Positions 41,864 to 51,900 of a stretch of 64,000 bases of DNA are shown here, one piece after another. This DNA is from an uncultured Muribaculaceae bacterium (lineage in GTDB: Bacteria > Bacteroidota > Bacteroidia > Bacteroidales > Muribaculaceae): positions 383 to 64,382 of the forward strand of contig CAZYEO010000001.1 in assembly GCA_964646495.1 (NCBI GenBank), in the 5' to 3' direction. Within the stretch, counting starts at the first letter, position 1. Each line of letters starts with the position of its first letter. The notes under the pieces are model-generated. The model saw nothing but the letters and a program-made list of their open reading frames with translations, had not been told where the DNA came from and ran no database searches. Position numbers and translations under genes: made by a program.

Positions 41864-42736
41864 ATGAAGGTAATAAATGTTTTGGGGTTATTATTTTTTT
41901 TCATGGTTGCTCCTGTTGCTCACAGCATCGAACCATCAAAAATGGTGGGGTATACTCTCACATGGAGTGATGAATTTGATGGAGATAGCATAGATCGCGC
42001 TGCTTGGAACATTGAACATAATGGTTCGGGCTGTGGTAACAGAGAGTTACAATTTTATGTTGATGATAGTGCTAATGTTGATGTGAAAAACGGAAATTTA
42101 ATACTTACAGCATTAAAAAAAGATTTTGAAGGCAAAAATTTCACATCGGGCCGTATTAATACATGTGGTAAAGTAAGGTTTACTTATGGGATAATAGAGG
42201 CAAAAATTAAGATTCCACCCACAGCCAATGGGTTGTGGCCGGCATTTTGGATGATGGGTGATGATATAACCAATAATGGATGGCCATTTTGTGGAGAGAT
42301 TGATATATTAGAAATGGGACATTCCAACGGTATAGAGTCTGATAATCAAGATAAATTGTTTAATGGTGCCCTGCATTGGGGCAATCCTGCTGATGGACAT
42401 AAACAATTGGTAGGAGATAGGGTCAATGATTATAGTTTACAAGATGATCATTATCATGTATTTTATACCGTATGGACTCCTGAGAAAATTGAGATGTATA
42501 TTGATGATAATCCAAAGCCTTATCTTACGGTTGATATCTCAGATGACACAAATAAATCATCGGTAGGGTATTATTTTCATAAGCCTAATTTTATTTTATT
42601 CAATTTGGCTGTGGGTGGTGGTTTCCCTTCCCTCTATGATGCCGATAAAATAACTGGGCTTGATGATGGAAGAGCTTCGATGGTGGTCGATTATGTGAGA
42701 GTATATCAAAAAGAAAATACAGTGTTATTAAATTAA
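41864..42736 (+). CDS. GH16 endo-beta-1,3-glucanase (laminarinase), catalytic domain only
   Basis: 290 aa with a signal peptide. Motifs are ELQFYV, WPAFWMMG and the catalytic GEIDILEM. It is a paralogue of the preceding gene but has no sorting domain. Confidence 0.9.
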   Translation: MKVINVLGLLFFFMVAPVAHSIEPSKMVGYTLTWSDEFDGDSIDRAAWNIEHNGSGCGNRELQFYVDDSANVDVKNGNLILTALKKDFEGKNFTSGRINTCGKVRFTYGIIEAKIKIPPTANGLWPAFWMMGDDITNNGWPFCGEIDILEMGHSNGIESDNQDKLFNGALHWGNPADGHKQLVGDRVNDYSLQDDHYHVFYTVWTPEKIEMYIDDNPKPYLTVDISDDTNKSSVGYYFHKPNFILFNLAVGGGFPSLYDADKITGLDDGRASMVVDYVRVYQKENTVLLN

Positions 42737-42755
42737 AAATCGAATATTATACATT

Positions 42756-44981
42756 ATGAATAAATTTATTTTTGTTTCGTTTTTGCTTATTTCTTCCCTC
42801 TTTAACTCCATAGCGGCAACAGTCGCAGATACTGAGAAGAAGATAGACGTACTGCTGAGTAAAATGACGTTGACCGAGAAGATAGGACAACTTAATCAAT
42901 TGTCGGGTGATAATTATAATAAGGATATTGCCGACAAAGTGAAAAAAGGGGATGTCGGATCTATTCTCAATATTGTGGATGCTAATATAGTGAATAAGCT
43001 ACAATATGATGCTGTTAAAAATAGTCGTTTGGGTATCCCCTTGGTTTTTGCTCGCGATGTGATTCATGGATTTAAAACCATCTTTCCTATCCCATTGGGG
43101 CAAGCAGCTACTTGGAATCCGTCATTGGTAGAAGATGGGGCTCGCATAGCAGCCGATGAAGCATCGTCGGTGGGTATCCGTTGGACTTTTTCACCTATGC
43201 TCGATGTTTCTCGTGATGCTCGTTGGGGTCGTATTGCTGAGTCGTTTGGCGAAGATACTTATTTGACTTCCGTTTTAGGTGTTGCAATGATAAAGGGATA
43301 TCAAGGGGATGATTTGACTAAACCCAACACTATGGCTGCATGTGCAAAACACTTTGCCGGATATGGTGCGTCTGAAAGTGGTAAAGATTACAACACTACT
43401 TGGATTCCTGAGAACCTATTGCGCGATGTTTATTTGCCCCCTTTTGAAGCAGCTGTTGAAGCCGGTGCTGCTACATTTATGTGCTCATTTAATGATATTA
43501 ATGGGGTCCCATCATCGGGCAACAGTCATTTGCTTCGCGATATATTAAGAGGCGAATGGAAATATACAGGAATGATGGTGAGCGACTGGGGATCGATACA
43601 GCAAATGATTCCTCATGGATTCTGTACAGATCTTAAAGATGCAGCCCTTAAATCGGCTCTTGCAGGTGTAGACATGGATATGGAAAGCCATGCCTATTCT
43701 AAATACCTTCAGCAACTTATTGATGAAAAGAAAATCGATGTGAAAGTAATCGATGAATTAGTGCGCAATGTGTTGCGCTTGAAATTCAACTTAGGTCTGT
43801 TTGATAATCCGTATGTGGATATAAAGCAGAGCAACAAATTTTATTCGCCTGAGGCTCTTGAAAAAGCCCGTATTGCCGCCGAAGAAGGAACTATATTATT
43901 AAAGAATACAGGAATACTTCCTCTCTCGTCATCAACTAAGAAAATAGCTGTGGTAGGCCCTATGATGAATGCTCAGCACGACCAAGCCGGGACATGGAGT
44001 TTTGACCTTGAAAAGGAACATTGTATAACGCCATTGACATCCCTTATCCAAATGTATGGTAAAGATGCCATAATATCTGCTCCCGGGCTTGAATATAGCC
44101 GTGACATGAGTGAAAAAGGATTTGCAGATGCTGTCAATGCGGCACGCCAAGCAGATGTAGTGTTAATGTTTGCTGGTGAAGAAGCTGTGTTGTCGGGCGA
44201 AGCACATTGTCGTGCAGATATATCTCTACCGGGAGCACAAACTAAACTCTTAGAAACTCTTAAAGCCACTGGCAAACCGATTGTGTTGGTTATTCAGACA
44301 GGTCGTCCAATGACTATTGCTCATGAAACAGACCTTGCCGATGCAGTTCTCTATACATTCCATGCCGGAACAATGTTCGGACCGGCTCTTGCAAATATGA
44401 TTTCAGGTAAAGTTTCACCGTCGGGTAAGCTCCCGGTAAGTCTTGCATATATGGTGGGTCAAATGCCACTGTATTATGCACATAAAAACACAGGTCGTCC
44501 TGCCGAAAATATTGTGTATATAAATGATATCGAACGCGAAGCAGGTCAAACATCCACTGGATGTACAAGTTTTTATCTCGATGCCGGTGACGGTGCATTA
44601 TTTCCATTTGGATATGGATTGTCATATACCACTTTTGAATATGGAGATGTACGTCTTTCTTCAAATAAAATGACTACTGATGGAGCAATCACGGTAACTT
44701 GCAGTGTTACCAATACCGGAAAAATGGAGTGTGCAGAAACTGCTCAATTATATGTTCGTGATATTGTGGGCTCACTTATTCGTCCTGTGAAAGAGCTTAA
44801 AGGTTTTGAAAAAATCAGATTGAAACCGGGAGAAACGCGCAATGTCTCATTTACGCTCAATGCAAAAGATCTTGGGTTCAATCAACTTAATTCTACTAAA
44901 ATAGTAGAACCCGGAGATTTCAATGTGTGGGTAGCCGCTAATAGCGCATCGGGTAATCCAGCTAAATTTAAAATTTACTAA
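42756..44981 (+). CDS. bglX: GH3 beta-glucosidase (BglX-like, probably periplasmic exo-beta-1,3-glucosidase)
   Basis: 741 aa with a signal peptide and no lipobox. GH3 motifs are KHFAGYG and the nucleophile region MMVSDWGS. A C-terminal Fn3-like domain is present. Confidence 0.92.
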   Translation: MNKFIFVSFLLISSLFNSIAATVADTEKKIDVLLSKMTLTEKIGQLNQLSGDNYNKDIADKVKKGDVGSILNIVDANIVNKLQYDAVKNSRLGIPLVFARDVIHGFKTIFPIPLGQAATWNPSLVEDGARIAADEASSVGIRWTFSPMLDVSRDARWGRIAESFGEDTYLTSVLGVAMIKGYQGDDLTKPNTMAACAKHFAGYGASESGKDYNTTWIPENLLRDVYLPPFEAAVEAGAATFMCSFNDINGVPSSGNSHLLRDILRGEWKYTGMMVSDWGSIQQMIPHGFCTDLKDAALKSALAGVDMDMESHAYSKYLQQLIDEKKIDVKVIDELVRNVLRLKFNLGLFDNPYVDIKQSNKFYSPEALEKARIAAEEGTILLKNTGILPLSSSTKKIAVVGPMMNAQHDQAGTWSFDLEKEHCITPLTSLIQMYGKDAIISAPGLEYSRDMSEKGFADAVNAARQADVVLMFAGEEAVLSGEAHCRADISLPGAQTKLLETLKATGKPIVLVIQTGRPMTIAHETDLADAVLYTFHAGTMFGPALANMISGKVSPSGKLPVSLAYMVGQMPLYYAHKNTGRPAENIVYINDIEREAGQTSTGCTSFYLDAGDGALFPFGYGLSYTTFEYGDVRLSSNKMTTDGAITVTCSVTNTGKMECAETAQLYVRDIVGSLIRPVKELKGFEKIRLKPGETRNVSFTLNAKDLGFNQLNSTKIVEPGDFNVWVAANSASGNPAKFKIY

Positions 44982-44998
44982 TCTAAATTATTTTGTTG

Positions 44999-46552
44999 AT
45001 GAAAAAACATAGCATATTATTAATAATTCTTGTAATATTCACATCCCAGATTTCGTATTCTGCCAAGAGTTTCAAAAGGGGGGTCAGTGAGAATAGTTTC
45101 GTTTTTGAAGGTGAATTTATACCTATGGAACCCGGTGTATCTTGGTATTATACGTGGGGAAATACCATGGGGAATATAAGAAATCTTGCAGGTGAAAAAA
45201 TAGATTATACCGGTATGGAATTTATTCCAATGTGCTGGAATGAAAACTATGATTCTGATAAAATCAGAACATATTGTAATGCGCATCCTGCCACAAAGTA
45301 TCTTTTAGGTTTTAATGAGCCAAACTTTAAGGCACAAGCGAATATGACACCAGCCCAAGCAGCTGCTCAATGGCCCGCAGTGCAAGCTCTTGCCAAAGAA
45401 CTTAATCTTAAATTAGTAGGCCCTGCTGTAAACTATTCTCCTGATGGAGCCGACAATGACCCTTATACATGGTATTCGAATTTTGTAAAACTTGTGGGAT
45501 TAGATGCGTTTGATTATATAGCTATTCACAACTATAGTGGTGGGAAAGATGGCATGAAAAATATGATCGATAAATTCTATGACTTATATGGTAAACAAAT
45601 ATGGGTAACAGAATTTTGTAATTGGCCGGGCGAAACAAGTGGAGCTGCCATAATTAGTGTCGATACTCAAGTTTCGTCAATGATATCTCAATTGGAATAT
45701 CTTGAAAAGAGTGACCGTGTATTCCGCTATTCATGGTTTAAGGCTAAAGAAGCTGTTTCGAGCCAAGTGAATTATGGGTTGATGATAGCACAGAATGGCA
45801 ATGGAGTGCGAACACTCACGCAAGCTGGTTATGTATATACTTATTTGACAAATTTTGATGCCAATATTTATAATGCTACCGAAACTCCTGTGTCTGCCGG
45901 CAACTTCATAAGCTCATCAGGTATATTACTCGATAAAACCACCGATGAAACACAACCGGGAATGTTGGAAATTACAAAATTCAATGCCGGATACGTGGAT
46001 TATCAATATGATGTGCCAACTGCCGGTAGTTATAAAATAACTCTTCGAGTATCGGGTAAAGGTGAGCCTATGCGTTATGATCCATGCGTTGCATTGTATA
46101 CTGTAGACAGCGATGGAAATATACTTTCTACCCTTTCCGAACCGGAAATATTTGAAATTTCTGGCGATGATGCAGTGTTTGCCGATAAATCATTTTATGT
46201 GACTCTTGAAGCGGGGAAACAAATAATTCGTGTGGCTGACGGACGCCCGAGCCGTCCAAGTGGTATTCATATAAGCACAATCACTATCAAAAACACTGCT
46301 GCAGTAGAATCAATATCCGACAATGTGGATAGCAATTTTGTAGCATTTTATGCTAATGGCTCGATTCATTTTATTGCTAATAAAGATATAATCTCTGCTG
46401 AAGTATTCGACATAAACGGTAGAATGATCTTATCGGGTGAGGTAAATAATTCTTATATTAATTCCCCTATTATGTCAAGTGGGATATATATTGTAAAAGC
46501 TAAAAATACTATTGGTGAGATAGAGATCTCTAAATTTATAATAAAAAATTAG
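44999..46552 (+). CDS. GH128-type (Glyco_hydro_cc, PF11790-like) beta-1,3-glucanase with CBM6/35-like module and T9SS C-terminal sorting domain
   Basis: About 517 aa from the ATG at 44999. The catalytic-core pattern is KRGVSEN, SWYYTWG, LLGFNEPN (acid/base region), YIAIHNYSG and IWVTEFCNW (nucleophile region). A beta-sandwich module follows (AGSYKITLRVSG...). The C-terminus is ...SSGIYIVKAKNTIGEIEISKFIIKN. Confidence 0.75.
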   Translation: MKKHSILLIILVIFTSQISYSAKSFKRGVSENSFVFEGEFIPMEPGVSWYYTWGNTMGNIRNLAGEKIDYTGMEFIPMCWNENYDSDKIRTYCNAHPATKYLLGFNEPNFKAQANMTPAQAAAQWPAVQALAKELNLKLVGPAVNYSPDGADNDPYTWYSNFVKLVGLDAFDYIAIHNYSGGKDGMKNMIDKFYDLYGKQIWVTEFCNWPGETSGAAIISVDTQVSSMISQLEYLEKSDRVFRYSWFKAKEAVSSQVNYGLMIAQNGNGVRTLTQAGYVYTYLTNFDANIYNATETPVSAGNFISSSGILLDKTTDETQPGMLEITKFNAGYVDYQYDVPTAGSYKITLRVSGKGEPMRYDPCVALYTVDSDGNILSTLSEPEIFEISGDDAVFADKSFYVTLEAGKQIIRVADGRPSRPSGIHISTITIKNTAAVESISDNVDSNFVAFYANGSIHFIANKDIISAEVFDINGRMILSGEVNNSYINSPIMSSGIYIVKAKNTIGEIEISKFIIKN

Positions 46553-46606
46553 TCCCTTAATACAAAATTTAAATATAACAAACATGAATAGAAAACACTT
46601 TTTTTG

Positions 46607-48757
46607 ATGCTTGCATTTGCATCCATTACAAGCTTGGTGTCGGCTAAGTCCATAATTAATTGGAATGTAGCCACAAATCTGTTGCAAGATGCAACGGTGG
46701 TAACATCTTCTACAAGAGCGATTGAGGATCAGCCAATCAATATTACAGATGGAAATATTTCTACTGGATGGCAGGCTGTAGAGAAAGCTAATAATGTAGT
46801 TGGCAACCCTGATTGGGTAATTATTGATCTGGGATCCAAGAAACATATTGCTGATGTTGAAGTAGCGCAGCAAGATGCTCTTGCTACTAAATATGATTTT
46901 TATTTAGTAGATGCAGTTCCTTCATATTTATCTCGTGAAATTAATACTGGCACAGAAGAAGCTCCCAATCTTGTAAATGTGAACTATATTACTGATGATT
47001 GGTATACGAACAACACTCCTGTTTATACTCATAATGAAGATGAAGTTGGATACGACAAAGCATTGAAAGGTACTAACTATGACACACACGCAGTAGATGC
47101 AGTGGGGCAATATATTGTTATTGTCGCTAAGGAATATAATGTGTGGGGCGAAGGCTATGGAATGAAAATATGGGAAGTGCGTGCTACCGAAAAAACGAGT
47201 GACATAGATAGCCCAAAGACTATCACCTTGTCGGATTCTTCTGTGAAAAACGGACAAATGATTTCAACCACTTTAACCGCAATAACCGTAGGAGGAAAAG
47301 AGATAAATGATATATCTGCGTTTACAAATATAAATCTTACTATAAGCGATAATGCTGCTGCTGATATTGTCGATAAAGGGAACGGCACATTTGAAATCAC
47401 TGGTAAAAAAGTAGGAGAGTACACATTAACAGCGAAAGCGAGCCTAAATGGTGAAGAAGTAACAGCAACAGCAATTTTGAATGTATTATTCAGTTGGGAT
47501 AAAGCTACCGATGTTGCTCTTAATAAAACAGCTACTGCAAGCCACAACTCTGCAAATGCTTATAAAGCAATAAATGGAAGTGGAAACGGATGGGAAGTTG
47601 GCGAAAACATTACTACTGGCACATGGTATCAAGTAGATCTTGGAGGAGATTATAAAATTTCAGCTATTGGAGTTCAATGGGAAACCGCTTATGCCAATCA
47701 TTATAAATACTACTATGCTACAGAAAAAGATGGTGACGGTGAACCCAATTGGATAGAATTACTTGAGGTAAATACCTACAAAACAGCTGATAATCAAACT
47801 ATATTTACAGATGTATTTAGTGAAGTGACTGCTCGATATATTAAATTGGAATGTATTCAAAGTCAAGTATGGGGTATGCACTTTTTTAATTTCAAAGTTG
47901 CCGGTGTGCCGTCAGCATCACCTGTGCCTACTACTATGATTATTAATTCTTCAGCCAACGGGTTGTTTATTGGTGAATCGGCAACTATAACATCTGTAGT
48001 GAAAGATCAATTTGGAAGCTTGATGGATATCGCTCCAGAATTGACTATCACTGACGGAACTGAAACCGGAACTATTACTGGATCTGTTTTTACCTCTACT
48101 GCGAAAGGGACCGCCACAATTACTGCTAAAGCCGGTGATCTTGTAAAAACTATTGATATAGTAATTGCCGCCGATAAAAATAAATATCTTATCAAATCTG
48201 GTGCATCAGCGATAACCAATACAGATGAGAATGGAGCAAAGGCTATCGACAAAGACATAAACACATATGTTGAATTCCCCATTGCTGATTTCCCAAGCTC
48301 AATCACAGTGAAACTTGACAATTTGTATATTCTTGACATGATCACTATAGATTGGGAGCGTGCTTGTCCTGCCGACTATACAGTTACCCTTGCAACTGAT
48401 GAAGCCGGGTTGGATACTAATACTCCGATACATGTAGTAGCTGATAGACCAGATCCTAACGCAAACATACAGGACCGTATTTATGGCAAAACCATGAAAT
48501 CTGTGAAATATATTAAGATTAATATGACAAAAGCTGCTACCCCTTGGGATGTGAAATTATTTGAAGTCAGCCCTTATGGTGTTATTGATCCAGCTACAGG
48601 TGTAGGAGCGATAGCAACCGACAAAGCCAATATTCCGGTTGATGTATATTCCATCAGTGGCAACTTGGTTCGCAAATCAGTATTACCTGAAGATGCAACC
48701 AAGGATTTAGCTCCAGGTTTTTATATTGTGGGAAAAGAGAAAAGGATAGTAAAATAA
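46607..48757 (+). CDS. Multi-domain F5/8 type C (discoidin/CBM32-like) + Big_2 protein with T9SS C-terminal sorting domain; 5' end affected by a T7 tract
   Basis: About 716 aa. Discoidin-like modules include ITDGNISTGWQA...DWVIIDLG and ALNKTATASHN...TWYQVDLGGDYKISAIGVQWE. Ig-like Big_2 segments are present. The C-terminus is ...LAPGFYIVGKEKRIVK. An upstream ATG at 46584 (MNRKHFF-stop) would join in frame if the T-run 46599-46605 had 8 T instead of 7. Confidence 0.75.
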   Translation: MLAFASITSLVSAKSIINWNVATNLLQDATVVTSSTRAIEDQPINITDGNISTGWQAVEKANNVVGNPDWVIIDLGSKKHIADVEVAQQDALATKYDFYLVDAVPSYLSREINTGTEEAPNLVNVNYITDDWYTNNTPVYTHNEDEVGYDKALKGTNYDTHAVDAVGQYIVIVAKEYNVWGEGYGMKIWEVRATEKTSDIDSPKTITLSDSSVKNGQMISTTLTAITVGGKEINDISAFTNINLTISDNAAADIVDKGNGTFEITGKKVGEYTLTAKASLNGEEVTATAILNVLFSWDKATDVALNKTATASHNSANAYKAINGSGNGWEVGENITTGTWYQVDLGGDYKISAIGVQWETAYANHYKYYYATEKDGDGEPNWIELLEVNTYKTADNQTIFTDVFSEVTARYIKLECIQSQVWGMHFFNFKVAGVPSASPVPTTMIINSSANGLFIGESATITSVVKDQFGSLMDIAPELTITDGTETGTITGSVFTSTAKGTATITAKAGDLVKTIDIVIAADKNKYLIKSGASAITNTDENGAKAIDKDINTYVEFPIADFPSSITVKLDNLYILDMITIDWERACPADYTVTLATDEAGLDTNTPIHVVADRPDPNANIQDRIYGKTMKSVKYIKINMTKAATPWDVKLFEVSPYGVIDPATGVGAIATDKANIPVDVYSISGNLVRKSVLPEDATKDLAPGFYIVGKEKRIVK

Positions 48758-48787
48758 TAAATATTTAGCTTTCCATAATATTTGATG

Positions 48788-48825
48788 AAAGTCCGCTCTA
48801 CCGTAATGCGGTAGGCGGACTTTTT
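48788..48825 (+). terminator. Rho-independent terminator/attenuator inside the PUL
   Basis: Extended stem aaagtccgc-t-ctaccg / cggtag-gcggacttt (48788-48823) followed by TTTTT. Confidence 0.7.
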
Positions 48826-48918
48826 ACATAAAAAAGGGATGTTTCCTCCCTTTTAGGATAATCCTATGCCTAATAATATTGATATTATAATCACAAACCT
48901 GACATATAACAATAAACT

Positions 48919-51900
48919 ATGAACTTAACAAAAATAATCGTTGGTGCGCTTTTAATGTCGTTCTCCTTTGGGCTGTCTGCTCAAGAGCCGGTGCAGATAG
49001 GCGCAGCAAGCTATGCAGCATATCCCCCTTTATATAAAGGACGTACTGATGCACATAATGGGGACTTAAGCTCATTGATGCAGACAAAAAAGCTATATAT
49101 CAATGAATCGGATAAAATGGATGACGGACAACGTCGCCCCTTACCCACCAACGATTGGTGGACAGGTCTTATTAATGCTCCTTTTGCTGACGCTCTTTGG
49201 GCTTATCCACAAATGGTACACCCTTTTGAGGCAGGTATTACTATTAACTATCCTTCATATTGGAACGAGAATGGAACCGAAGTAAAATCAAACTCAAACA
49301 TTACCATTAAAGGTGTTAAATTCACAGCTGTGTCTGCCATAGCCCATGATTGGCATGACTGGGATGTAGAAATGCTTATGTCGGGAGCCGACGGCAAACA
49401 AGAGATGTATGTTACCTTGGCGCATGGCATCCCTTTTACTTGGATTGAACTTAAAGAATTTTCACCTCGCATTACATTTTCATCTTCTGCAGAATATTTC
49501 GACGTAGAGGGAAATAAACTTGATATTTCTGATATATTATCTTATGCCGACAACAAAATCACGGTGAAAATAGGGAGTGATTATTACGGCATATTTGTGC
49601 CTGACGCTACCGGATATAGTATAAAAGATGGAGCATTGGCATTGGTATTTGCTGAAACGAAGAAACAATTTATCTCGGTAGGAATGATGAAAAATATTTC
49701 AGACTTAAAAATTTTTGCCGAATATGCCTATTCAGTACCTCGCAAAACTACAGTTTCTTGGAATTTTGATGAATATAAAGCAGAACTCACTACTAAATGG
49801 CAAATAGATGCAGAAAACTTGCTTGATAAAGCTAAGCCTGCATTGGTGATGCAAGGATTTCTACCTCACGCCTATAAAGATGCTTTGAGTAAGCCATCCT
49901 TTCAGTCTGAGTCATATTTATCTCCTCGTGGGAGATTGAAAATTGCTACACCATCATCGGACAATATTTATACCTTCTCTTATAGATTTTCGGGTATGCT
50001 ACCATATTATGCTGCTCCCAAAGAGAATAATGCTGAAGCTAATCCGTATATCAAAGATCGCATGACAGACCTTATGACTAAATATGCCAAAAACGGCACA
50101 TTTGGTAACGATACATATTGGGGTGGTAAAGGATTGACGCAGATGGCTCTGAATATGACATTTGCACATGAAATGGGCGACGAAGAAAACTTTAAGTTGA
50201 GTAAAGATAAATTAAAAGCTAAATTGATCGACTGGCTCACCTTTACTCCCGGTGAAGAACAGGTTTTTTTCTCATATTATCCTCGGTGGGGAAGTTTGGT
50301 AGGACATGAAACATCGTATGATTCCGATGCTTTCAATGATCACCATTTTCATTATGGCTATTTTATATATTCAGGCGCGTTGTTGTGCATGATGGATAAA
50401 GATTTTAGGCTCAATTACGGACCTATGTTGCGTTTAATTGCAAAAGATTATGCCAATTGGGAACATGATGATAGCCAATTTCCTTTTTTGCGTACATTGG
50501 ATCCGTGGGCAGGTCATTCCTATGCAGGGGGTCTTGGCGACAACGCTAATAGTAATGGGAATGGACAGGAGTCATCATCGGAAGCAATGCAATCATGGGG
50601 TGCCATATATTTGCTTGGAGTTGCACTTAACGATAATGCAATGCGTGATGCCGGGATATTCGGTTGGAGTACAGAATCTCGTGCCACTGCTGAATATTGG
50701 TTTGACCGCGACCAAATACATCCTGAAAAAGAACATAACTATGACTACACCCTTTACACATCACCATATTGTACCAATCTTACCTCGAAAGGTATAGGTT
50801 GGTGGACATGGTTTAGTGGTGATGCTTTGTGGATGCATTCTATTCAATGGATGCCTGTGTCACCTTGTTTGAACTATTTGTCGCAGGATTTGGATTTCGT
50901 GAAATGGGATTATGATAAAATGATGAGTGCCACGGCATATAAATGGTTTGATGCCGTAGGTACAAATGCCCCCTTAGCTAATCAATCGGTAGGCAATGTG
51001 GTATTATGTTACATGGAGCGTTCAAATCCCGATGAAGCCGCTAAAATATTTGACAGGGCTTATGAAGAAAATTATGGGATTGCTACAGGTATTGATACCG
51101 GACATATATCATATTTTACAATTCAATCACACCGTACGTATGGTGATATAGATTTTTCGGTGCATGCAGACATCCTTACAGCTACAGCTTATAAGAAAAA
51201 GGATGGCTCGATGACATACATGGCATACAATTCGTATGATACGGAGAGGATGGTAAGATTTTTCAAAGATGGAACCACTGTAGCTACGGTGAAAGTGCCT
51301 GCACGGAGTTTGGTTGCTTACGGTGTTGCTGCTGTAGCTTCATCGGTAGTGATGGAATCAGCTGAAGGATTAATCATGCCTCCATCTGCAAAATCTTTGT
51401 TATCTGTTAGTGTTTTGGATCAATATGGGGCAACAATGGATGATGTTAAATATTCATTCGTTGTGAGTGATGCCAATCTCGCTTTTATAGATGGCAAAAA
51501 CATATTGAACATCAATGCTACTGCCACAAAAGGATCTAAATTTACCGTTACGGTTAAAGTGAATGATGATATAAAGAGTGTAATGGATTTTACAGTGAAC
51601 GACATTCCGGTGATAGCATCAGCATCCATTACTCCTCAACTTAAATATCTTGAAAAAGGTGATAAGGCTACATTTACGATTGACCCTATAGATCAATATG
51701 GCAATTTTATGAACTTGGATATTGATTGGACTATAACAAAAGGAGGCAAAAAGGTTTCAGACTCCAATGTGCTTGATGCAACTGAAATCGGCATATATGA
51801 TATTGAAGCCAATATCGGAGGGAAAAAATATACTCAACAAGTATATCTTACACCTAAATTTAACAATGTAGCCTTGAATAAAACAGCCATTTCCAGTAGT

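Noticed and set aside
46475-46873. 132-aa minus-strand ORF across the GH128 / discoidin-protein junction
   Set aside because: It is antisense to supported genes and has the Cys/Ile-rich composition typical of a spurious frame.
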